A stretch of 64,000 nucleotides of DNA. Origin: the human T2T-CHM13v2.0 reference genome, Homo sapiens. How positions within the stretch are numbered: the first letter of the stretch is position 1; each line of letters starts with the position of its first letter. The position numbers and the translations under genes were made by a program. The DNA lies in NCBI RefSeq assembly GCF_009914755.1, contig NC_060928.1. The stretch is one strand, 5' to 3'. Of the stretch, positions 1 to 19,832 are shown piece by piece. The notes below the pieces were generated by a model, which worked only from the letters and a program-made list of their open reading frames with translations, searched no databases and was not told the origin of the DNA.

Positions 1-93
1 GTGATCGTGTGAGTCAATACTCCTTAATAAACTCCCTTTCATATATGCATCTATCCTATTGCCCTGTCCTTCTAGAGAACCCTGACTAATACA
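1..93 (+). mobile_element. 3' end of MLT2A (HERV-L) LTR
   Basis: GTGATCGTGTGAGTCAATACTCCTTAATAAACTCCC...CTAGAGAACCCTGACTAATACA is the typical MLT2A terminus, with AATAAA and terminal CA. Confidence 0.8.
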
Positions 94-1614
94 GCATACA
101 TCTATTTTTAGTTAATAAAACATGTTATTACACTTAAACGTTGATATGCCTATTTTCTAGTATAGGCTACAATAACTTTGGAAGAATGTCCTAGTTAGTA
201 CTGTATCAATAAAACAAAGTACACAGCAAGCCCAACATAGTTATGCATAAAATTATGCTACATTTTAAAAGATAAATGATGTCTCTTGATTAGTAAGCTT
301 TTGTGGATTATTTCCCCTTGCTTAGAGATGGAAATACTTCCTAGAAAATTAGTATTCATTTTTAATTTTATTACATATTCTAATATTAATGCATGTGCAA
401 CTCATAATGATAAGAGTAAGTGAATATAGAAAAAAAAAGTGCCCTACTAGATGGAATTAATGTACTTAACTCTTTGATTTAATGCTAAAAATGCATCTCC
501 TAGGGGATTTTTACTGAAAGAAATGTAATTACTGATTATAATAGGAAAGATCAGAAAACGAGGGCATATTTAATAATTGCACAGAAATTGCCTCATTGCA
601 TTCATGTTCTGAAAATGTTTCTTAACAAATCATCATTGTATTTATTGTTCATTGAAAATATCTTATATTTTATTTCTTTTCCAAAAATGCAATATGCTAT
701 TTTTATAGAAAACTAATGCCTGAGATTTCTGATAATCTCCAACTGGAGGCAAAACTATAATTAGAGATATGTAGGTATAGTATCACAGTACCTGGCTTAC
801 AGAGTTCAGAATTCTTAGACCTCAAGGGCATCATGGATTCTAATTATCTTCTCATTGTTCATTCTTTGTAATGCACATTGTATCCCTCCCCTCAAACCCT
901 TCCCTTTTTTTTTCTATATTTTTAGCCAGGCTTGAAATCCTTATGAGAAAAATTTTCAGGAGAACATAAAATGATGGTATAGAATATGAAAATATTAATA
1001 AGGAAGACTTAAAAAATGTGATTCCGGAAAGCTCACTCTTAATCATTTACTGAATGTGAGTCACAGTCAGGGTTATTATCTCAGAACTATGTAATATTTA
1101 GCAGAAAAAAATACCTATAAATGAATCAAGAAAATATAAAGCATAATAAAATTAGCACACATTTGTGTTTGGAAATTCATTTCTCATAAAAAATAAGTCA
1201 TTTTGATTGTGGGGTTTGTTTAAAGAAGCTTTAGTTTTTAATGAATTTAAATAATTTTGTCCTATTTAACCATCACAAAAACAATTCTATCATTTCTTTC
1301 ATTCTAATTGCATGTTTCATATTAATGCTGCCACTATTTACCTTAATTTAATACTCTCCACATTCATTTATCTTTTATATATCCTTTTTTAAACCATAAC
1401 TAACATGACCAGCCATCATAGTAGCCCTCTGTCCAAAGCATTCTTTTTGAAGTGAGTGAAATAACCTGTAAATACAGACAATACTTATTTTTCACAGTCT
1501 CATAAATTTGTGACCACTGTCTTAAGGGGAAAAAAAAAAGCAACAGCTTCTCTTTATCATTTTAACTATATGTCATTATAATGGACCACACAATGAGGAG
1601 AACCTCTAGCTCTC

Positions 1615-1700
1615 TGGCACATGTATACCTATGTAACCTGCACGTTGTGCACATGTACCCTAGAACTTAAAGTATAATTAAAAAAAAAAGAAAGAAAAGC
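1615..1700 (+). mobile_element. Extremely 5'-truncated L1PA 3' end with A-tail
   Basis: TGGCACATGTATACCTATGTAACCTGCACGTTGTGCACATGTACCCTAGAACTTAAAGTATAAT followed by poly(A). Confidence 0.85.
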
Positions 1701-3494
1701 AAGAAATAAACAAATAAAAATTACCACACACAAAAAACTTATTCTCTACAAATGTCCATAGGTGAAAGTGACTACTTTTATGCCAAGTCTATGGGATTAA
1801 AGAGATATTTTGAGATGTTATGTCTATAAGGCTGACTATAGGGTCTGTGAAAATACTGTAAGAATGACAGAATGGAGATTGTAGTGAAGAGTTTTGGAAA
1901 GGAAAGGAGTTTCTAATTTCTGGCCAGTTTATAGATTTTTAAAGACACTGTGGCTTCAGCATTGTTCCTCATGTCCATTTTCTCAGAGATTTTTCTATAT
2001 GCAGGTCTCACTCCTTAACTTTTGTGGCACATACAGGTGGTATTTGAATGAAGTGCATAATCTTCTCTCAAGAATCACTGTCCCAGAATTATCCATTTCC
2101 TTAACAGTAAATTTTTTAAAATACATTTTACACGTTTGTGGGTAGCTATGTGTATGTGTGTCATTATATATGCTTATATAGAGATTTTATATATGAAATA
2201 AAAGAGAGGGAAGAAGAAACAAAGAAGCATTATTTCACATCATTATTTTTCTTCTAGAAATGTGAGGACATGTGAAAAGAGGGCATTCCCTTTTCTGTGT
2301 TTAATGAAGCATTAAGGATAATTTACATAACTAGGTAATTACATAATAACCTGAGATATTAAAAAACAGGTTCTTTAGATTGAGAATGGAATCTTTTATA
2401 TTTGCTTTAATCATCTGTGAGGATAAAATGTTTAGGCTTGCAGTAGATTTGCTAATTTTATATTCTGTTCAAAATCATTTTAATAACTAAATATGTTGTC
2501 TAGGAAATAGACCAAGAAAAAAGAAGTAAGATTCCTAAGGTTTCCTTTAGTTTAAAGCTGGTTTGTAGCGCTTGATTTCTTCACTTGCATTCCCATAGTT
2601 GCATCTGTTAAAAAGAAGTAGCATTTGATTTTCAAAATTCTAATATGCTATTAGTACTTGAGAGTATTAAGCAAATAATAACTATAGATTTTTAATGCTG
2701 CTAAGGGGAACTACATGATAAAGTGTAGTTATTATGTGTTATTTTTTGAAAATCTGTGAATAACTTATTTAAAGAGTTGGCTATGAAAATGTTTTCTTAA
2801 AGTCATCTTTCTAAAACAGTGTTATTCTCCAGTGGACACCTGAGTTTAAGAAACTTAAAAATGTTTCTGTTCCTAGACTATTATAGATTTCAATAAAAAA
2901 ATAAAATAAGTGAGTCCCTTGAAAACAGACACTCTAATATTGTTACTACTTTAGCTGAGGCCAACAAATACCTGGATATGTATAGTTGTATTTAAATTTT
3001 TTAGACATAAAATACTTATAAATTTATTTACAAAGAATTCAACAAGAACCCATGGGCTAATCATAATAAATTCATCATAACATAGTAGCATATTTTATTG
3101 GCTTCATGAATTGTATCTCTCTTCTTGTGAAAAAAAATTTAAGTGCATGAAATCTAACACGTATCCTCCTCTCTACATGGACCCTATGTGCTGCTCTAAA
3201 CTCTGTGAATCAACTCCCATTCATAAAACGGCTACTCCATTATTGCCTAATGAAGAAAAGCAGTCCGTTTTACTGCCAAAACTGCCTAACTGATGTTCCC
3301 AATTTTATGTGAGCATTTAGTATACTCAGTCTGTTTCATTAGATTAAAAACCATTTACAGCTACTCTTAACACAATAAAGCAGCATCTCTCCAGAAAGTA
3401 GCTTTTGACATGCAAATACAATGCTTCTGACAAATCTTACAGATTTCAGTCAGAGTCTAGTAAGGGAAACAAAACCATTAATAGTTATTTCAAG

Positions 3495-9314
<5,820 letters not shown>

Positions 9315-9336
9315 AGGTAGTAACCACCAGCAGCAC

Positions 9337-10052
<716 letters not shown>

Positions 10053-10178
10053 AGCAACATCACCTTGGAGCTTACTAAAAATGTAGGTTCTTGGGCTTCA
10101 CCCCAGACCTGCTGTACCAGAATCTGCATTTTAACAAAATACACAGGTGATTTGTTTGAACAAGTTTCAGAAGCACTG
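10053..10178. mobile_element. MER5A1-like hAT DNA transposon remnant (its left part at ~9320-9336 is split off by the MSTA)
   Basis: CATCACCTTGGAGCTT...CCCCAGACCTGCTG...AGAATCTGCATTTTAACAA...AGAAGCACTG; ACCAGCAGC lies just before the MSTA. Confidence 0.7.
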
Positions 10179-10289
10179 AAGTAGAAGTCACAGCAATATC
10201 TAGAAAAAGAACAGATGTACAGATATAAGCAAACACTGAATGTGCTTCTATTGACATACATTTAAGGTTCCTTTTAAAAAATCTTCACT

Positions 10290-10612
10290 GGAGACAGGGA
10301 GGAAACACATAGTTCTTGGTCAAGAGCACAGTGTTTCACATAGACTAGAGAAATAAGCTTTCACGTCTATTTCACACCAGTGTGACTACAGTCAATAATA
10401 GTGTATTTTATATTTCAAAATAACTAAGAAAGTACATCTCAGACCTCTCACTGCAGAAAATTGTAGGTAAGTGAGGTGCTGTCTTCATTATAGGTAAGTG
10501 AGGTGATGTTAATTAGCTTGCTTTGATTATTCCATATTGTATACATATTTCAACACATTACATTGTGCCCCATAAATGTATACAAGTATAATTTGCCAAT
10601 TTAAAATAATAC
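10290..10612 (+). mobile_element. L1MA (MA4-MA6-like) 3' UTR fragment
   Basis: GTGACTACAGTCAATAATAGTGTATT...GTGAGGTGATGTTAATTAGCTTG...CCCCATAAATGTATACAA. Confidence 0.7.
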
Positions 10613-10858
10613 TAAGAAAAAGTCCATATTAAAGAAATTAATGCAGAAAAATAACTTTATTCTTAATGAAGTCATCTAGTCCCTAATCGTTATTCTAACA
10701 CTGAAATAAAATTTTAACATAAAAGTTGTTATTTCAAACAGAGAGATATAAGAAATTGCTCATAAAGTGTTGAAAAATATCAATGAGCAAAAGGGAGCTA
10801 AGAGAAGTAAAGCAGGGAAATCCTAAGAAGCCTAGTCACACCAAAGACTGTTGGAGTC

Positions 10859-11160
10859 GGCCGGGCATGGTGGCTCATGCCTGTAATCCCAGCACTTTGG
10901 GAGGTCGAGGCAGACGGATCATGAGGTCAGGAGTTTGAGACCAGCCTTCCCAGCGTGGTGAAACCCCTTCTCTATTAAAAATACAAAAAAATTAGCTTGT
11001 AGTCCCAGCTACTTGGGAGGCTGAGGCAGGAGAATTTCTTGAACCAGCAGGTGGAGGTTGCGATCAGCCAAGATTGTGCCACTGCACTCCAGCCTAGGCA
11101 ACAGAGTGAGACTCCATCTCAAAAACAAAAACAAAAACAAAAACAAACAAACAAACAAAA
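10859..11160 (+). mobile_element. AluSg-like with ~20-bp internal deletion and (CAAAAA)n/(CAAA)n tail
   Basis: GGCCGGGCATGGTGGCTCATGCC start; AAATTAGC joins directly to TTGTAGTCCC; TSD AAAGACTGTTGG at 10843-10854 and 11160-11171. Confidence 0.92.
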
Positions 11161-12465
11161 AAGACTGTTGGCATCAACAATCAACAAACTCTACTGTCAC
11201 TACAGTAACCACCAGCAACTACCAGCACCTGCCTCCATGGACAAGAGCAGAATTGTGTTTTTCTTCTGCCTTCTAATGAACCAAGGTTCTCGTGGGCATA
11301 TTCCAATTTAAAGCCAGTTAGGAAGTACATTCAAAATATCTGAAGCTTCAATAGTACAAAGTGAATTAATAAAAGTTATGAGGCTAAGAAATAGTGAAAA
11401 ATAATTCACATTAGATGTCTCTGAATAACAAAGAGCTTTTTGCCGTTATGATTTCTGAAGCCTTCTTTCCAACTAAAGAGGGGGAAAGTTGTGTCCCTCA
11501 TTATTCACAGAATACCTTTTCTATATCTGAAACATAATTAAAATCTCCTTCTGACTCAAAACATGGTTTCAGTTTATGTTTTCCATTGCAAACCACTCAT
11601 TGGCTCATATACTACATTTTTCAAACTCAGTGGGGGTTGGGGAGATGGGAGTCAAGAATTTCTACTGTCTCCTGTCAACTTGAAACTGAGTACTTTCATC
11701 TGGCTCTCATTTTCAGAAATCTCAATCACCTCCACTTAATACTTCCCATTCTGAGACTTAGACCACTTTACTTTCTTTAAATTTTCCCAGGGTTCTCAAA
11801 TTTTACTAAATAATTAAATCATACCTTTAAAAAAAAATTCAACAGCCTTGCCAGTTTCTGAACCTCCTTATCAGGAATAGATAGACTCCTTTTCAGTCAC
11901 CATTTTCTAGAAGCATATCTGTAACTTGTTGTTAATAATTGCTTCAGTAAAAATCTTGAACATTTACATATTATTTCCACACTTTCTTATTCAAAGCACA
12001 TTATACCTTCATTCCACTATGCATGCTTTTTGACCACATGTCTATATAATTGTCTTTCCATTTTCTCTGTTTGTTGGAACTGTAGGGCAGAAAAAATTTC
12101 TCCTCAACCCTTTTAGGGTCTCTGACTGTACAAAAGAATTAAACTTATATGAGACACATTAACAGAAAAAAAGCATACAATATTTTCTTTCTTAAAAAAG
12201 TGTTATATCACATGGAATAACTCATAAGGAGATGAAGACCCAAGGAAGCAGTTAGCACTGCACACTTATATACTAAATTAGACAAAAAGTACTAAATTGT
12301 GAGAACATGACAACACAAAAGGGCTTGAGCTAGAGCAGGTAATTCTTAAAAGTAACCAGAAAGATAAAATGTAATTTAACAAGATTTATTCATACAGATA
12401 TTTTTCAGTTTTAACTCCTTGTCTCTGGTTATAGGAATAACCTCCTGCTATAAAAAGGACATTTT

Positions 12466-13108
<643 letters not shown>

Positions 13109-13494
13109 GTGGCATATTCTGCCATTCTTCAAATTCTTCAGAATTCATCTTTTCACTGTTTACTACCTTTTACAATATTTTCCTATTCATCTTACTTGAG
13201 CATGCAAATATTCTGGTCATCAGAAAGCAATTCTCAAGTAACCTTGATACATGGAACTTCATCATGCTGCATTGAGTATGCACCTTTTCATGATGCACTT
13301 AGTAATAAGGAATAGAAGTTTTCCCAGCTCTGTTCAAATGAAATTGAAATATTCTTAATTTGATTGTCATGTCCTTCTTTCCTATTCTTACCTTTATTTT
13401 CAAATGTAGAAAGTAAAATGGCTTTCTGCTTGAAAACACACTGGCAAATATTACAAAATGTGATTCTTGCTCTGTCTAGCTATTACCTTTATTT

Positions 13495-13964
13495 TGTTAG
13501 GTTTGACCCCCTATAGAGACTAGTTAATGAGTTTGATTCAAATACATGCTGATAGCATGCTACAGCAAATGATGTTTCTCTTATGATGGCTTTCTCTTTA
13601 CTCCTATGTGGGGCAGACAGGAAGTACTAGGCTTTTGGAAAGTAGGGGGATGCATCTTCCAATTCATATTCATTATTAGACAAGAACTGTTTGTCTACTA
13701 ATAATTGTGAATTGGAAGATACGTCTCCTTACTTTCTTGACGCTGATGTGAAAAGACTCTTAGGCATGTTCTACGATGTCTCCTGGAGTTCTTTAGCAGG
13801 TGGTCAGTTGTTCAGAACTGTAACCTTCTCAATGATACTCCTTTGACAGACTTCTTTTATTTTCTCTCCCTTACCAGTGCTTTCTGAGATCAACTGCAAA
13901 ATAAGTTACTTGTCTTTGATTCTTATTCTCAGGGTCTTTTTCTGGGTAAATCCAAATCAAAACA
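13495..13964 (+). mobile_element. LTR16-like (ERVL) solo LTR
   Basis: 3' end AAATAAGTTACTTG...TCTCAGGGTCTTTTTCTGGGTAAATCCAAATCAAAACA resembles the LTR16 terminus; GGCATGTTCTAC core. Confidence 0.65.
13638..13736. repeat. 46-bp inverted repeat with 7-nt spacer
   Basis: Arms 13638-13683 and 13691-13736 align ungapped, with 38 of 46 positions complementary. Confidence 0.85.
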
Positions 13965-15049
13965 ATATATCAAAGGAAACTTAAAAGTATTAAAACACTA
14001 TCTGTATTGATTTTCATAAATTTTTCTGTTTGAAAAGTAATTTCAAAATTAAAAATTAAAATGAGTTTTGTGGAAATAATTTCTAATTATTTGTAACAAT
14101 TAGAATAAGACATTCAGATGATAAAACTATGTGCCCAGAAGACAGTTGTGTTTTAAAGTAACTTTTACATATTTATGTTTTTATAATAAAATATTCACAA
14201 GATTGGATCACAGGATAAAATAATATACTTCAAGGAAACCTTATTGTGACTATATAAAACACCATTATATACAATTTAAGACTGGCTCAGCTTGTATTAG
14301 TAACAACTTTACATCATGTGTGTCTGGTATACCCCATGGGATTACATTTTGGCTACTTGTGGATATTTAGTCTTTTCATGAAAAATATTGCATTTTTTCT
14401 ACCTTAGCAACTCAATTAAAAATATTAATAAAACAAGATATATTGGGAAACGAGAGTGTTGAGACGGTTTCAGAGTTACAATAACTTGCTCTTTGCTCCA
14501 CTTTTCTACTGTCTCAGTTTACACTTTCGTCATCTCTAATTTGGGCCAACATAATAAATTCAATCACGTTTAACAAAAATTTGAGCAATAATTGGTGATG
14601 CACCATGAATTCTTATCAGATACTTATGGAGAAATTAATGAAATTAAAAAACATTGAAAAAAGGAATCGGACAAGTTTTATTCTACTGTGAGACAAACAA
14701 GCATGCAAACTGACTTATGTACTTTTCTAAAGATCTTGTTCCAAGGTGCTAATATTTGAAAATATGTTTGCTTTAAATGAAAACTACAAAAAAGTAGTCT
14801 CATTTCCTCTATTTATAAAGCATACTGAGATGGCTACTACTAGTCACAGTGTCTTACAAGCATGCATTTGTATTTGTCAGCACATATATACTGCTGAGGA
14901 GCCATATCTTATGTTTGTATTCTACACATTAAAATATTTTTCATATTGTATTTGCATTTCCACATTGCCTCTTGGCAACAAAATAAAATAAAATAAAAAC
15001 CGTTCAGTGTTTGGAAAGATTGACTATTTCAATCTTTAGTTTATCACAT

Positions 15050-15556
15050 TTTGATGGCTAATATGTCAACTGGGCCATATAGTACCTAGATATTTGGGTA
15101 AATATTATTCTGAATGTGTCTGTGAGAGTGTTTCTAAGTGAGATTAGTATTTGAGTAGACATATTAAACAGATTGCCCTCCTCAAAGTGGGTGGGCCCCA
15201 TCCAATCTAGTGAAGGCCTGAATAGAATAAAAGACTGAGTAAAAAAGATTTCTTTCTTGCTGCCTAAAGTCTTCCAACTGGGACATGGGCCTTTTCCTGT
15301 CTTCAGACTTGGCATATAATTGGAATATAATTCAATATACCATTGGATCTCCTGGGTCTGTACTTCACATCCTTCATAATTGTATAATCAAACTTCTCAT
15401 CATAAATCTCTCTCTTTTCCTCTCTCTTTTGATGTATGTTTGTGTAATCTATTATATACAAGTATAGATATAAAAAGATATATCATAAACAAATGGATAT
15501 GCAAATATATACACATCCTATTAGTACTGTTTCATTGAAAAACCCTGAAGAAAACA
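15050..15556 (+). mobile_element. MLT2 (MLT2D-like) LTR
   Basis: GATTGCCCTCCTCAAAGTGGGTGGGCCCCATCCAATCTAGTGAAGGCCTGAATAGAA; ends CCTATTAGTACTGTTTC...AACCCTGA. Confidence 0.75.
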
Positions 15557-16464
15557 CACATATTATATTTAGAATACCAATAGGAAATATCAAATAATTA
15601 GAGTAAAACAATACTGGTTTGTAAACTTTAAATAAAACGGATAAAATTATTTGGCAAAATACTGAACTAGTAACTGAAGAATAATAAGAACTACAAATTG
15701 AATTAGACCTACAAATTAGAAAAACAAAATGAAATAATAATCTGAAGAAGTCTTGATTTGAAAACAAGAAAACTAATTAACAACAACAAATATGCAGCAG
15801 GTATTGTGAACGACTGTTAAATTTATAGAACCTAATGTTTCTGAAATTCTCAGAAAGTGTATGGCATGAGAGAGATTTTCATGGCTTCCAGAATCTCAAA
15901 ATGATTGCTCATAGTATGGGAACACCATGATATTCCGTGAGCTACCTGGAAGGAGTGAGAGTAGATATTTCTTATGTATGATTATCAAAACTTTAGCACT
16001 TCCAAATTTAATAATCTTATTAACTAATATTTTAATATTCCAAATTTTAGGACAAATGGTAAAGTCACATCATCTATCTGCACTTAGGTTATTCTTATAC
16101 TCATAAATGTATTAAACTACTGTGGCGCCTTTAACCACCCATAACTTCTAAAATAATCCTAGATCAATGGAAGTTATTTTTACATGTTGATATTTTCTTG
16201 TATACCTTAATATTACCATCATCATTAGATGAGATTAATTCAACATACCACAAACATTATATAAGCTACCAAGTGAACGTGAAAGTAGAAAACAAAATGG
16301 AATGCAAGCTCTTAACAAACGTGCCTGTTAAATAAAAATGGAAAACATACCATGTTAAAAAGCTTAATAGTCTTAATAATGGGAAATGGAGTAAAGAGAA
16401 ATACTGGCCAAATAGAGAAAATTTAGAAACACACACTTAAATATATTTCCAAAAGACCTTATTA

Positions 16465-16730
16465 GCTTTTCTAGTATCTGTACTGAAAACAAGTGACTAG
16501 AAACAGAAAATAATTTTGATACATTTTATTTAATTTAGTTATATCCAGAATATTGTTTCAACATTCAATTACCATACATTATGATGAGATATTTTACTTT
16601 TTTTTCCTATGACATCTTTGAAATCTGGTACACATTATATACCTATAGTATACGTCAATTTGAGGACTCTACATTCCAATTGCTCAATAGCCAGAGATAG
16701 CTACAGACCACCATATTGGACAGACAACTC
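16465..16730 (+). mobile_element. MER33-like hAT-Charlie relic
   Basis: GAGATATTTTAC...TCTTTGAAATCTGGT...TGCTCAATAGCCA...CCATATTGGACAG. Confidence 0.7.
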
Positions 16731-16781
16731 TAGGGAGCTTTCTAAGACCAATTATTTTTTTATTACATTTTCTGAATATAT

Positions 16782-17139
16782 ATACATTTTTATATTTTAT
16801 TGTATTTATATTTTATTTTATTATATATATATTATTTATATATTATATACATATATGTATTTTTTTTTTGAGACAGAGTCTTGCTCTGTAGCCCAGGCTG
16901 GAGTGCAGTGGCTTGAGCTTGGCTCACTGCAAGCTCTGCCTCCCAGGTTCACGCTATTCTCCTCCCTCAGCTGGGACTACAGGCGCCTGCCACCACGCCA
17001 GGCTAATTTTTTGTATTTTTTAGTAGAGACAGGGTTACACTGTGTTAGCCAGGATGGTCTCCATCTCCTGACCTTGTGATCCGCCCACCTCGGCCTCCCA
17101 AAGTGCTGGGATTACAGGCATGAGCCGCTGCGCCCGGCC
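16782..17139 (-). mobile_element. AluY with long tail decayed to AT low-complexity sequence
   Basis: Reverse AluY (GCAAGCTCTGCCTCCCAGGTTCACGC, TTAGCCAGGATGG); TSD CTGAATATAT at 16772-16781 and 17140-17149. Confidence 0.9.
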
Positions 17140-17289
17140 CTGAATATATTTTATTATAAAAGACACATCTAACTTCTGACTATTGTGGATTAATATGGTG
17201 GCAGAAACTAGTATTAATTATAAACATATTTTCTCACTTTAATATGACAAAAATTTTGCTTTTTGGTGTTATTTTGTATTTCATTTAAG

Positions 17290-19786
17290 TTTATTTTATT
17301 TCTTAAATTTTCATTTTTATTTTAGATTCAGGGAGTACAAGTGCAGGTTTGTTACAAAAGTATATTGTGTGGTGCTGAAGTTTGGGCTTCTATTGATTCT
17401 GTCACTCAGATAGTAAACATAATAACCAATAGAAAGTTTTCAGCTATTGCTCTGCTCCCTCACTTGCTGCATATAGAGTTCCCAGTGTCTGTTGTTCACA
17501 TCTTTATGTCCATATAAACCCAAGATTTACCTGCAACTTGTAAGTGAGAACATTCGATATTTGGCTTTCTGTTTTTTGTTAGTTTGCTTTGGACACCAGC
17601 CTCCTGTTGCACTGATGTTGCTACAAAGAACATTATTTTATTCTTTGTTTTATGTGGGCAGTATTCCATTGTATGTATGTGCCCCATTTTCTTTATTCAA
17701 TCCACCATTGATGGGTACCTAGGTAAATTCCATATCTTTGCTATCGTGAATAGTACTGCAATGAACATATGAGTACATGTGTCTTTTGGGTGGAACAATT
17801 TATTTTCCTTCAGTTATTTCCAGTAATAAAGTTTCTAGGTCAAATAGTAGTTCTATTTTTCTTTCTTTAGCTTTAGTTCTTTGAGAAATCTCCAAACTGC
17901 TTTCCACAGGGGCTGAACTCATTTGCATTTCCAACAGCGTATAAGCATTCTCATGTCTCCACAACCTAAATAACATGTTTATTTTTGACTTTTTAATAAT
18001 AACCATTCTGACCTAGTGTGAGATTATGCCTCACTGTGGTTTTGACTTGTATTTCTATGATGATTCATAATGCTGAGGATAGTTTCATACGTTTGTTGCA
18101 GTATGTATGACTTCTTTTGAGCAGTGTCTTTTCATGACCTTTTCCGACTTTAATGGGGTTGTTTGTTTTTTCCTTGTTGATTCACTTAAGTTTCTTGTAG
18201 ATTTTGGATATTAGTCTATTGTCAGATACATAGTTTGCAAATATTTTCTCCCATTCTTGAGGTTGTCTGTTTTCTCTGTTGAGAGCTTCTTTAGGTGTGC
18301 AGAAACTCTTTAGTTTAATGGCATCATATTTATTGACATTTTATTTTGTTGCATGTGCTTTTAGAGTCCTCATCATAAATTCTTTGCCTGGGGCAATGTC
18401 TAGAAGAGTATTTCCTAGGTTTCATTCTAAATTTTTTAAGATTTGAAATCTTGAATCTTCCACTTAAGTTTTTAATGCATCTTCAGTTAATCTTTGCATA
18501 TGGTGATAAGTAGGAGTCTATTTTCATTCTTCTCCATGTGGTTAGCGAGTTTGCCCACACCGTTTATTAAATAGGGAGTCCCTTTCTCACTGATTATTTT
18601 TGGCAACTTTGTTTAAGATGAATGGACTATAGGTGAGCAGTTTTATTTTAGGGGTCTCTTTTATGTTCTATTGATCTATGTGCCTGTTTTTGTACCAGTA
18701 CCACGCTGTTTTGGTTACTGTGGCCTTGTAGTATAGTTTGAGGCTGGGTGGTATGATACCTCTGCCATTTTTCTTTTTGCTAAGGAGTGCCTTGTCTATT
18801 CAGGCTCTTTTATGTTCCATATAAATTTTAGAATAGTTTTTTTTTTTCTAATTCTGTAAAAAATGACATCGGTAGTTTAATAGGAATAGTGTTGAATCTG
18901 TAGATTACTTTGGGCAGTATGGCCATTTTCACAATATTGATTCTTCCTATTTACAAGCATGGAATGCTTTTCCATTTGTTTATGTCAACTGTCATTTCTT
19001 TTAGAAGTATTTTGTAGTTCTCTTCATAGAGATACTTAACCTCCTTAGGTGCATTCCTAGGTATTTTACCTTTGTGGCTATTGTCAAGCATATTGCATTC
19101 TAGATTTGGTTTTCAGCTTGAACTTTACATGTATATTAAGATGCTATTTATTTTTGTTCATTGATTTTATATTCTAAGACTTTGCCAAAGTCATTTATCA
19201 AGCCTAGAAGTCTTTTGGCAGACTCTTAAGGGTTTTCTAGTTATAGAATCATATTGTAAACAAAGAGAAATGATTAGAATTCTTCTTTTCTTATTTGGAT
19301 GCCTTTAATTTTTTTCTCCTGCCTGATTGCCTTGGCTAGGACTTCCAGTACTATGTTGAATAAAAGTGGTGAGAATTGACATCCCTGTCTTGTTCCATTC
19401 TTAAGGGGAATGTTTCTGGCTTTTGCCTCTTTAGTATGATGTTGGCTGTGGGTTTGTCATAGATGGCTCTTATTATTAATATTTTGAGGTATGTTCTTTT
19501 AATACCTAGTATGTTGAGAGTTTTTACCATTAAAAGAATGTTGAATTTATCAAATTTTTTTTTCCAAATCTATGAGAAGATCATATTTTTTTGTTTTTAT
19601 TTTTTTGTTTATATGGTGAATCACATTTATTGATTTACATATGTTGAAACATCCTTCCCTCCCAGGATTAAATCCCAGTGGATCGTGGTGTAATAACTTT
19701 TTTTTTGTGCTGCTCCATTCAGTTTGTTAGTATTTTGTTGAGGAATTTTGTTTCTATGTTCATCATGTATATAGGCCTGTAGTTTT

Positions 19787-19832
<46 letters not shown>

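Noticed and set aside
1690-1750. 3' transduction after the short L1 tail
   Set aside because: A-rich, but no convincing second poly(A) or TSD could be identified
10464-10506. Duplicated TAGGTAAGTGAGGTG resembling paired splice donors
   Set aside because: Short local duplication of native L1MA 3' UTR sequence, with no upstream exon evidence
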